Part shown: positions 14,423-21,745 of the stretch, piece after piece
Position numbering within the stretch: the stretch's first letter is position 1
Layout of the letters: the number at the start of each line of letters is the position of its first letter
IMG/VR virus record: IMGVR_UViG_3300002168_000007
Coordinates: 1 to 41,175 of that record
Length of the DNA: 41,175 nt
Strand: one strand, 5' to 3'
Source of the DNA: a virus
Position numbers and translations under genes: made by a program
Notes under the pieces: model-generated
Seen by the model: the letters and a program-made list of their open reading frames with translations, nothing else
Databases searched by the model: none
Told to the model about the DNA's origin: nothing

Positions 14423-14477
14423 TTTAACTGTCATGAAAAGTAATGAGTTTTAAATGTAGTAAAGGTGGTAAAAATAA

Positions 14478-14837
14478 ATGAACTTAAAAGGTGAAAGAAT
14501 AAAGGAATTAAGAAAAGAAAGAGGTCTGTCGCAAGCTAAACTTGCAAAAGAATGTGGAATTAGTAGATCAGTAATCGCTATGGTTGAAAGTGGTAAACAA
14601 AATGGCGGTCGTGATTTTAATAAAGCTATTGCAAATTATTTTGGTGTTAGTATAGATTATTTAGAAGGTATGACAGATGATAGAAATAATAGTAAAGAAA
14701 GCTTAGTAAATGAATTTGTTCAATTTTTAATAGATAATGGTATTATTGAAGACGAAAACAATGTTGATGAAGAAACAGAACAAATAATTTTAAGTTTAAT
14801 AAGAAGAGAAGTGAAAAAGATTAAGGGGGATAAGTAA
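14478..14837 (+). CDS. CI-like XRE-family repressor (119 aa, no S24 peptidase domain)
   Basis: HTH LSQAKLAKECGISRSVIAMVESGKQ. Divergent from the Cro-like gene. TAATG junction with the integrase gene. Confidence 0.8.
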   Translation: MNLKGERIKELRKERGLSQAKLAKECGISRSVIAMVESGKQNGGRDFNKAIANYFGVSIDYLEGMTDDRNNSKESLVNEFVQFLIDNGIIEDENNVDEETEQIILSLIRREVKKIKGDK

Positions 14838-16321
14838 TGAGAATAGCAATATACACTAGAAAGAGTGTATACAAAGAATATAGTGAAAGTATAGATACAC
14901 AAATAGAGCTGTGTAAAAATTATTTTAGAAATGAGGGAAATGAATATGATGTATTTATCGACGAAGGTTTTTCTGGTGGTAACACTAAAAGACCTTCGTT
15001 TCTTAATATGATGGACTTAATAAGATTAGGGAAATTTGATGTAGTAGCAATATACAAAATAGATAGAATAAGCAGAAATATAGTAGATTTTTTTAAGATA
15101 TATGAGGAATTAGAAAAATACAATGTGAAGCTAGTATCAATAACAGAAAATTTTGATACTACTACACCGATTGGAAAAATGATGATGATTATGTTATCCG
15201 CATTTGCAGATATGGAACGTGAGAATATAAGGCAAAGGGTTAAAGATAATATGATAGCCTTAGCAAAGAAAGGATGTTTTACAGGCGGTTTTGTGCCTTT
15301 TGGGTGTGAAGTAGAAAAGAAGGAAGGTAAAAGTTATTTAAAAATTGTAGATACAGATATATTACAATTAATGTTTACTAAGTATCTGGAATTAGGAACT
15401 TTATATGCTACACAAAAATACCTTCTAGATAACAATATAAAGACCGTTACAGCAAGGAGTAGTTTAAGGGATATATTACGTAATCCTGTTTATTGTAAAA
15501 GCAGTGAGGAGGTTTCTAGGTACTTAGAAGATAAATATGAAGTAGTTGGTAAAGCTAATGGGAAAGGATATATAACATATGGAAAAACTAAAGGATATCC
15601 TATGCTAATTGTAGGTAAACATAAAGCTTGTATTGATGCAGATTTATTTTTAAAAGCTAATATGTTGATGGACAAGAATAAAGAAGATACAAGCAAAAGA
15701 AAAAGCAAGGTTTATTGGCTTTCTAATATACTTTATTGCCCTTATTGTGGCGGTAAATATACTATAGTTAACAGCGATAGAAACTCTTATTATGTATGTA
15801 CTCATAGAATAAATAGAAAATCTGGAGGTATGGGTAGAGATTTCACAAAAGAGAAATGTATTAACAATAAATATGTTAATGCTATAGAAATAGAAAAGAA
15901 GGTATCTAAGCTTATATATGCTTTAGAAGATAAAAAATATTTTGAATCTGTATACAGTAAAAGTGTTGGAGATGGTAATAAAAAAGAGATTGATATCCTG
16001 GAAGGTAAGATAAATAAGAATAATACCAGCATAGATAACCTGGTTGATAAGTTAACTGTTGCTAGTGACCAAGTTTCTAAAATACTTATGGATAAGATAG
16101 AAAAGTTAAATACAGAAAATAATGAATTAAAGATAAGTTTAGATAAGTTAAAAATAAAAGAAATGCAGAAAGCAGCAGATAATAACACTAAAGAAATAAA
16201 AGAGTGCATACACAAATTTAAAGATATAAAAGATAATGAACAGAAAAGAAAGTTAGCAAGCATAATATTTAAAAAGCTAATATATGATCCTGTTGCTGAT
16301 AAAATAAAGGTTGTCTTCTAG
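14837..16321 (+). CDS. int: Large serine recombinase (phage integrase)
   Basis: N-terminal resolvase domain (MRIAIYTRKS...), recombinase domain, zinc ribbon CPYCGGKY...YYVCTHR, C-terminal coiled coil. Confidence 0.9.
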   Translation: MRIAIYTRKSVYKEYSESIDTQIELCKNYFRNEGNEYDVFIDEGFSGGNTKRPSFLNMMDLIRLGKFDVVAIYKIDRISRNIVDFFKIYEELEKYNVKLVSITENFDTTTPIGKMMMIMLSAFADMERENIRQRVKDNMIALAKKGCFTGGFVPFGCEVEKKEGKSYLKIVDTDILQLMFTKYLELGTLYATQKYLLDNNIKTVTARSSLRDILRNPVYCKSSEEVSRYLEDKYEVVGKANGKGYITYGKTKGYPMLIVGKHKACIDADLFLKANMLMDKNKEDTSKRKSKVYWLSNILYCPYCGGKYTIVNSDRNSYYVCTHRINRKSGGMGRDFTKEKCINNKYVNAIEIEKKVSKLIYALEDKKYFESVYSKSVGDGNKKEIDILEGKINKNNTSIDNLVDKLTVASDQVSKILMDKIEKLNTENNELKISLDKLKIKEMQKAADNNTKEIKECIHKFKDIKDNEQKRKLASIIFKKLIYDPVADKIKVVF

Positions 16322-16369
16322 TATCGTTTTCGTACGAAGGGGGCATCCTTTTCGTACAAAAGTGATACT
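16320..16369. other. Candidate attP: 50-bp imperfect palindrome abutting the integrase stop codon
   Basis: AGTATCgTTTTCGTACgaagggggcatccTTTTCGTACaaaagtGATACT. Outer arms AGTATC/GATACT, inner GTAC elements, centre near 16344/16345. Confidence 0.45.
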
Positions 16370-16381
16370 TATATACAAAAG

Positions 16382-16402
16382 AAAAAGCTACCTTCTGGTA
16401 GC
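16382..16402. terminator. Bidirectional terminator hairpin GCTACC-ttct-GGTAGC
   Basis: On the minus strand it is followed by TTTTTCTTTTG. On the plus strand a T8 run lies 11 nt downstream. Sits between the int 3' end and the convergent small ORF. Confidence 0.55.
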
Positions 16403-16519
16403 ACAAGTAGCAGTTTTTTTTGTTCTTTTTATTTCTATAGACCTCTTTGCGTTTTCTAGACATTCTCTCGCTTCCTCCTCGTTACATTCTTTTAATAAAT
16501 TATTAATTTTATACTTCAT
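16388..16519 (-). CDS. Possible small hydrophilic protein (43 aa, MKYKINNLLKECNEEEARECLENAKRSIEIKR...)
   Basis: GGGGGA SD lies 8 nt upstream. Ends in the terminator hairpin next to the candidate attP. Confidence 0.35.
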   Translation of the reverse strand: MKYKINNLLKECNEEEARECLENAKRSIEIKRTKKTATCATRR

Positions 16520-16646
16520 TAGTTAGTTCCCCCTTTTTTAAACTTATAGCATAATATTTAATACCTCCTAAGATGTATATTATACTTCATATTATAATAT
16601 ATAGAAAGTGAATATTTTGTAAAAACTTGTAAACGTTTTAAATTTT

Positions 16647-16683
16647 AACAAAGAAAAGAGGTACAAAATTAATTTGCACCTCT
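16647..16683 (-). terminator. Intrinsic terminator of the metalloprotease moron
   Basis: Minus strand: AGAGGTGCAAA-ttaat-TTTGTACCTCT (one G-U pair), then TTTCTTTGTT. Overlaps the stop codon. Confidence 0.65.
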
Positions 16684-17250
16684 TTCTAAACTTAAAAAAT
16701 AATTATATATGTAAAGGTAATTACACTCAACCCAATCAGGAAACATTTTATATATAGCATACATTTGAGCGAAGCACTCTCTTTTATTAGCTGTAAAATA
16801 ACTTGTATCATATGCAAAACGTGAGAAGAAATCAGCTCTATTATTCCATATAGTATCAAATGAGTTTGTTTCTGATATAAAGCTTTTTGAACTATCTAGC
16901 ATATGCCCTAATTCATGATAAAAGTTATTATTCATTGTTTCTTCATCTGGGAAGTATTGAAGGTAAATCATCTTCTTATCATAATCAATTAACCCAGTAG
17001 CAAAATCTTTATATTTACTATCTATTCGATTAGGTGTTTGCCCTTCATCAAGAATTACTATGTGATAGTTGTTATTCTTCATATAATCTTTTAAATTACC
17101 ATTTATATTATTGTAGCAATCATTCATTGTGTTTTGAACTGTTTTATCATACTCACTTAATTTATCTTTAGCAGTAACAACTGTACCGCTATGTAATAAT
17201 GTTGCAGTTAAACTAATTGCAGTAAATAAAGTTATTATTATTCTCTTCAT
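16669..17250 (-). CDS. Secreted HExxH zinc metalloprotease, ATLF/M34-like (Pro-Pro-endopeptidase-like architecture)
   Basis: Signal peptide MKRIIITLFTAISLTATLLHSGTVVTA. HELGH motif. RECFAQMYAIY lies about 45 aa downstream, comparable to EEFFAESFAYYY of PPEP-1-type enzymes. Confidence 0.65.
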   Translation of the reverse strand: MKRIIITLFTAISLTATLLHSGTVVTAKDKLSEYDKTVQNTMNDCYNNINGNLKDYMKNNNYHIVILDEGQTPNRIDSKYKDFATGLIDYDKKMIYLQYFPDEETMNNNFYHELGHMLDSSKSFISETNSFDTIWNNRADFFSRFAYDTSYFTANKRECFAQMYAIYKMFPDWVECNYLYIYNYFLSLERGAN

Positions 17251-17271
17251 ACTTTCAACCCCTTTAGATAC

Positions 17272-17299
17272 ATTATATTACATTTTATATTAAAATCAA
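17272..17299 (-). promoter_or_regulatory. Moron promoter TTGATT-16-TATAAT
   Basis: Minus strand: -35 at 17299..17294, -10 at 17277..17272, followed by the SD AAAGGGG and the ATG at 17250. Confidence 0.55.
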
Positions 17300-17341
17300 T
17301 ATAATATTGTAATATATAGAAATTTGTGTTACTATAATAAT

Positions 17342-17426
17342 AGGTTTTTTACTTAAAAGTTCATAAACTCCTTTGAAGTTTTAATTTTTTATGGCAAAAG
17401 GGCTTGTTTATACAGGCTCTTTTTTA
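17342..17426 (+). ncRNA. Candidate ~85-nt plus-strand transcript between the moron and the lysis genes
   Basis: Plus-strand promoter TTGTAA-17-TACTAT (17307-17335). Hairpin GGGCTTGT-ttat-ACAGGCTC (17400-17419) has two G-U pairs that form only on the plus strand, then T6. Confidence 0.25.
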
Positions 17427-17454
17427 TTTATATATTTCTAATATGTATAATTGC

Positions 17455-17492
17455 AATAAAAAAAGAGGTAGTAAGGAATTAACCCTACTACC
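17455..17492 (-). terminator. Strong intrinsic terminator ending the late operon
   Basis: Minus strand: AGGTAGTAGG-gttaatt-CCTtACTACCT, then CTTTTTTTATT. Directly after the endolysin stop. Confidence 0.8.
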
Positions 17493-17498
17493 TTAATT

Positions 17499-18359
17499 CT
17501 ATTTATATATTTCTAGTAATTTGTTAAATGTATTTCTTCCTGCTATACCATCTACTACTAAACCGTTATTCCTTTGAAATTCCATAACCTTTTGCTTTGT
17601 GTTAGGTCCAAATATATCGTCAATTCCTGCTCCTACCCTACATTGTAACCATCCCACACATTGTCCTCTACTGCCTTGCCTTAAACATAGATTTTTTAGC
17701 ATTGTTTCTACTTGTTGTCCTCTTATGCCATCTACATATATATTTTGCCTGTAATCGTGGTTATATGCACTTTGTAAGTCTCTAAGATGTAGATTAACTG
17801 TAGAGGTATTATTTACTTGTACGTGGCTTGTAGTGGCTTGTGTAGTTGTTGTAGTTCCAACTAATCCTTTTACAATAGCATCAGCAATATTTTCTATATT
17901 ATTTCTATATAAATTAACATCAGATTGAGTATCAACAAAACATATTTCAATTAACATAGCTTCCATAGATGTTCCATTGATAACCGCTAGATTGTTCCCT
18001 AATTTAATACCTCTGTTTCTAAATCCTAATGAACATATATTATTTAATACATTTACTGCATAAGAATGTTGTTTTGCATTATATGTATATATTTCAGTAC
18101 CTACTCCGCCACCAGCATTTGCATGTATTGATACAAATAATTCTACATTGTTATTATTAGCAGTATCGCATCTTTTATTTAAGCTATTACTTGTACTACT
18201 TGCTGTAGATGGTCTGCACTCTATTACATTATGTCCTAATGTTCTTAATTTACTAATAACTTTATTGCCTACTGTGTTTATAATTTCCTCTTCTTTTATA
18301 ATACCTACTGCACCGCCGTCATAATTGCAGCCATGTCCTAAGTCTATACCTATTTTCAT
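17499..18359 (-). CDS. Endolysin: N-acetylmuramoyl-L-alanine amidase (Amidase_3) with a C-terminal PG_binding_1 domain
   Basis: MKIGIDLGHG...ELFVSIHANAGGGVGTEIY (Amidase_3). C-terminal GPNTKQKVMEFQRNNGLVVDGIAGRNTFNKL. Confidence 0.9.
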   Translation of the reverse strand: MKIGIDLGHGCNYDGGAVGIIKEEEIINTVGNKVISKLRTLGHNVIECRPSTASSTSNSLNKRCDTANNNNVELFVSIHANAGGGVGTEIYTYNAKQHSYAVNVLNNICSLGFRNRGIKLGNNLAVINGTSMEAMLIEICFVDTQSDVNLYRNNIENIADAIVKGLVGTTTTTQATTSHVQVNNTSTVNLHLRDLQSAYNHDYRQNIYVDGIRGQQVETMLKNLCLRQGSRGQCVGWLQCRVGAGIDDIFGPNTKQKVMEFQRNNGLVVDGIAGRNTFNKLLEIYK

Positions 18360-18402
18360 ATAAAAACCTTCTTTCTATATAAAATAAAAGAGTAGCATTA
18401 CA

Positions 18403-18684
18403 CTACTCTTCTTTACCTAATTGTTTAATAGTTTGATTTACTCCTACACTAACTCCCCAACACAAGATGCCTTGCAAGAATCCATTTACTATAACCTCTA
18501 GATTTACTTTATACTTAGCATTAATAATACTTAGTAGAATTGCAAATGTTATACCAAATAGCATTAACAATATTGTTATGTATTTATCTTTAATCATTTC
18601 GATTTTCTTAAAAAATACACCTACTACATAGATTGCAACTATTACTATTAATAAACTGCTTGGTATAAAACTCATAATGTCCAT
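18403..18684 (-). CDS. Holin (three predicted TM segments, 93 aa)
   Basis: Three hydrophobic segments and a charged C-terminus. Immediately upstream of the endolysin. Confidence 0.8.
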   Translation of the reverse strand: MDIMSFIPSSLLIVIVAIYVVGVFFKKIEMIKDKYITILLMLFGITFAILLSIINAKYKVNLEVIVNGFLQGILCWGVSVGVNQTIKQLGKEE

Positions 18685-18696
18685 AAAACATTCCTC

Positions 18697-18969
18697 CTAT
18701 TTAGATAAATTTAAAATAGCAAGTATATAACCTGCTATTCCTGCTATTATACCACCTAAGAATTTCATTATTAATTCATTCTTATTTTTTCTTTGTGTTT
18801 TGTCGAACTCGTCCCATCTATCATTCACTCTATTTACTGTTTTAATTAAGTCTTTTTGGTCAATTCTCATTTCTGTAACTGTTTTTTTTATGTCTTTCAC
18901 ATCATTTTCTAATGCTGTTAATCGTCTTTCTGTGTTTGTGTTTATAATTTCTTGTGCTTCACTATTCAT
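18697..18969 (-). CDS. XhlA-like lysis-associated membrane protein
   Basis: N-terminal coiled coil (RLTALENDVKDIKK...) and a C-terminal TM segment. Positioned upstream of the holin, as in PBSX xhlA-xhlB-xlyA. Confidence 0.6.
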   Translation of the reverse strand: MNSEAQEIINTNTERRLTALENDVKDIKKTVTEMRIDQKDLIKTVNRVNDRWDEFDKTQRKNKNELIMKFLGGIIAGIAGYILAILNLSK

Positions 18970-19077
18970 GTTACATGCCTATTTCCCTTTCTTTTTAGTT
19001 TTAAAGATATTTACTAGTTTTATCATTCCAGGATAAAATATTTTTTTAATCCAATCCCACATACTCACACCACCTTT

Positions 19078-19263
19078 CTATTTTTTGGTTGAAATCATGA
19101 GTGCAAAATACCCAATTATCCATATAGCTATAAAGATTGATTGAGTAATAAAAAATGTTCTTAATGTTTTACAATATTCTCTTGTAATTTTCTCTAGTCT
19201 CTCAAAATATTGGTCTTGTATATTGTCCATAAGTGCTTCTTGTTCTTCTGTTTTATTACTCAT
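19078..19263 (-). CDS. Small C-terminally anchored membrane protein (61 aa from the ATG at 19263; the ORF track extends to 19314)
   Basis: AAAGGAGA SD lies 4 nt upstream of the internal ATG. The upstream part of the tracked ORF is the terminator hairpin. Confidence 0.55.
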   Translation of the reverse strand: MSNKTEEQEALMDNIQDQYFERLEKITREYCKTLRTFFITQSIFIAIWIIGYFALMISTKK

Positions 19264-19289
19264 AATTTCTCCTTTCTGCTTTTGTAATA

Positions 19290-19319
19290 TAAAAAGAGAC
19301 TGGATATTGTCCAATCTCT
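19290..19319 (-). terminator. Terminator-like hairpin between the tail genes and the lysis cassette
   Basis: Minus strand: AGAGAtTGGA-caata-TCCAgTCTCT (the T-G wobble forms only on the minus strand), then TTTTATATT. Confidence 0.5.
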
Positions 19320-19348
19320 TAAAATTTAATTTTCTTCGTCTTTTCTAT

Positions 19349-21745
19349 CTATTGTGAATTAATTAATCTAAAATATCCAGTTATATCACATACACCTATA
19401 TAATCTCCACTAGTTACTACTGCAAAATCACCATTAACAATTCCAATTTTACTACCTAGAGCCACATCAGTTAATGAAGTATCTGAGATTTTAACATATC
19501 CATTAGTTTTTACTAGTATTTCTTCATTTGCAGTTGTACTAGTACTCATAGCCACACCATAAAATTTATAAGTATCTCTAGTTCCATGTGCTGTTACATA
19601 AAAACCATTACGTGCAACTGGTTTACCTTTAGAAATTGCACCATCTGCCATCATTACAGGGGTTTCATCAGAAAAGTTATACATATATTCATTACCATCT
19701 GTGGCAGTTATATCATACAATCCTTTAGTATTATTACTTCCTGTTATATCAAAGTCTATTCCCACACCACTTCCAGGAACTTCTTCCATCATCATTATTC
19801 CATTAAATTGACAGCCCATCATTTTAACTTTATTTTTAACTGTACTAGCCATGCCACCAAATTTAATAGAGCAGTTACCTTTACTTATAAATTTACAATT
19901 ATTAAATTCAATATCCGCAGGAATAGTAAAATTAACATTACTATGCAATCCAAATGCTAACTGTTTATTAGATATAAATTTACAATCTTTAAATCTACAT
20001 ATAGCACCATTATGAATACCGCTACCATATGCAACGTTGTAATAAGTGTCCTCTGCTATAAAATCACAATTTACAATGTTTCTTTTGCAATAAGTATCGG
20101 TATATGCAAAATCATCATGACAAGCATATCTTGTTTTTACACCTTTAATTGTTAAGTTTTCTAATCCTGCTGTACCTGCTAAATTTATTGTAGATATATT
20201 AGCATTTGCAGTATCACATGTATATTGTAATATTGTATTTTCTTTTTTACCTAATGCTTTTAAAGTAACATAATTAGGTACGAATAAACCATAGAAATCA
20301 CTAGCTGTTTTTTCATCATCTGTATAATAAGTATTAATATTATATGTTCCCTCGGGAATATACACCTCATATTGATTATCTTCACTTGGGTTTAAAGTCA
20401 TGTATTGAAATACACCTTTTAGGTTTATACTGCCATCCATAATTATTTTTGTTAGTTTAGGTATATTTTTAGATTTTTCTTGTAATGTTTGTATATCAGC
20501 ACTTGTTATATAATCGCACTCTTTAAACATATGTTGATATACTTCAAAATCTGTTTGTGTATCGCCTTCTTCTAATTGAAGATTAATAGTATAATCTGTA
20601 AAAGTTCCGCTACTCGGATATACTAACCAAAAATATTGTAAATCTGTTGCATCTGTTGGTGTAAAAGTGCTATATCTAGAAGGAGTGGCAATTGTTAATG
20701 AACAATTCAAACTCGCAACTTGTACCATAGGACTTTTATTAATAAGTCCACCACCTAAACCACTTGGAGCAGTTCCGTTTAAATAATTACAAGATACAGT
20801 ATAAGTTTTACTAGCATCTACATAATTTAATTCATCTGTTATGACAACAGCAGAAGACGCACCAGTTTTATCTATAGTACCATTAATAACAATTTTATCA
20901 GAATAAACATTTATTGTTGTACCAGCATAAGATATTGTTTTAGGAGTTAGCTTAAGTTTATTTTTACTAATTTCAACAAAATCTAAATGATTATAATTTA
21001 CACTCTTATCGCCCAATGCTTCACCGCTAGAAATTGCTCTTACTGCCCCTCCTACATTTGTATATGTAGTTCCATTTACAGTTCTTGCATCGATTAATTC
21101 TGCATCACCAGTTGTTGAACCACTAGGTAAACTTGTTAAAGCATCTATTCTTGCAGATTGTGTTTCTATGTCTACTGTATTTTTAGATACATTTATATTT
21201 GTAACATTTAAATCTGTTTTATTCGCCTTTTCTTCCAATTCTGAATTAATCGAACTTAACTCACTATCTACATAAGCCTTTTTAGCATAATTATTTAAAC
21301 TACCAGTTTGAATTGTTTGAACTAGTGTAGTGTTTAATGTTTGTAATTCTGTTATAGCATCTGTAATTACATCTTCGCTAACACTTCCTGGTTTCATACT
21401 AGTAGGTATTACTTTATATTCTCTTCTTATAGTACCTTTTCTCACAGTTCCATCACTAATAATAATGTTAAATGTTCCAGAGCCGCTATATTGTGCCACT
21501 GCTTCTGGTGTAATGATTTCAATATAATTTGTACCATATATTATATCGCCATCTTGTAAAAATGGGTGCCCATTAGGTTTCAGCCACTCAATACTAACCG
21601 TATCAGTATCTAACAAAGTGTAAGGAGTACCATTTTCAAGTAATTCTATCTTGAACGGCACTCCTTTATCCCCTTGATTGAGTGTAAATGCAGTTGTGTA
21701 ATCTTGTAGTACTAAATTACCTTTCAATGTTTGTTGACTTATCAA
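19349..21745 (-). CDS. Receptor-binding / baseplate upper protein: BppU-like N-terminus, coiled coil, beta-helix-like C-terminal region (TTG start)
   Basis: N-terminal TAFTLNQGDKGVPFKIELLENGTPYTLLDTDTVSIEWLKPNG resembles BppU_N. The C-terminal part has repeated NC-F/DC-F motifs typical of parallel beta-helices. Confidence 0.7.
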   Translation of the reverse strand: MISQQTLKGNLVLQDYTTAFTLNQGDKGVPFKIELLENGTPYTLLDTDTVSIEWLKPNGHPFLQDGDIIYGTNYIEIITPEAVAQYSGSGTFNIIISDGTVRKGTIRREYKVIPTSMKPGSVSEDVITDAITELQTLNTTLVQTIQTGSLNNYAKKAYVDSELSSINSELEEKANKTDLNVTNINVSKNTVDIETQSARIDALTSLPSGSTTGDAELIDARTVNGTTYTNVGGAVRAISSGEALGDKSVNYNHLDFVEISKNKLKLTPKTISYAGTTINVYSDKIVINGTIDKTGASSAVVITDELNYVDASKTYTVSCNYLNGTAPSGLGGGLINKSPMVQVASLNCSLTIATPSRYSTFTPTDATDLQYFWLVYPSSGTFTDYTINLQLEEGDTQTDFEVYQHMFKECDYITSADIQTLQEKSKNIPKLTKIIMDGSINLKGVFQYMTLNPSEDNQYEVYIPEGTYNINTYYTDDEKTASDFYGLFVPNYVTLKALGKKENTILQYTCDTANANISTINLAGTAGLENLTIKGVKTRYACHDDFAYTDTYCKRNIVNCDFIAEDTYYNVAYGSGIHNGAICRFKDCKFISNKQLAFGLHSNVNFTIPADIEFNNCKFISKGNCSIKFGGMASTVKNKVKMMGCQFNGIMMMEEVPGSGVGIDFDITGSNNTKGLYDITATDGNEYMYNFSDETPVMMADGAISKGKPVARNGFYVTAHGTRDTYKFYGVAMSTSTTANEEILVKTNGYVKISDTSLTDVALGSKIGIVNGDFAVVTSGDYIGVCDITGYFRLINSQ

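Noticed and set aside
16269-16526. ORFs 16269..16463 (-) and 16311..16526 (+), which cross the integrase 3' end, the attP candidate and the terminator
   Set aside because: They run through a terminator hairpin and the palindrome, have odd low-complexity composition, and overlap better-supported features. The shorter 43-aa frame (16388..16519) with its own SD is the only plausible coding unit there.
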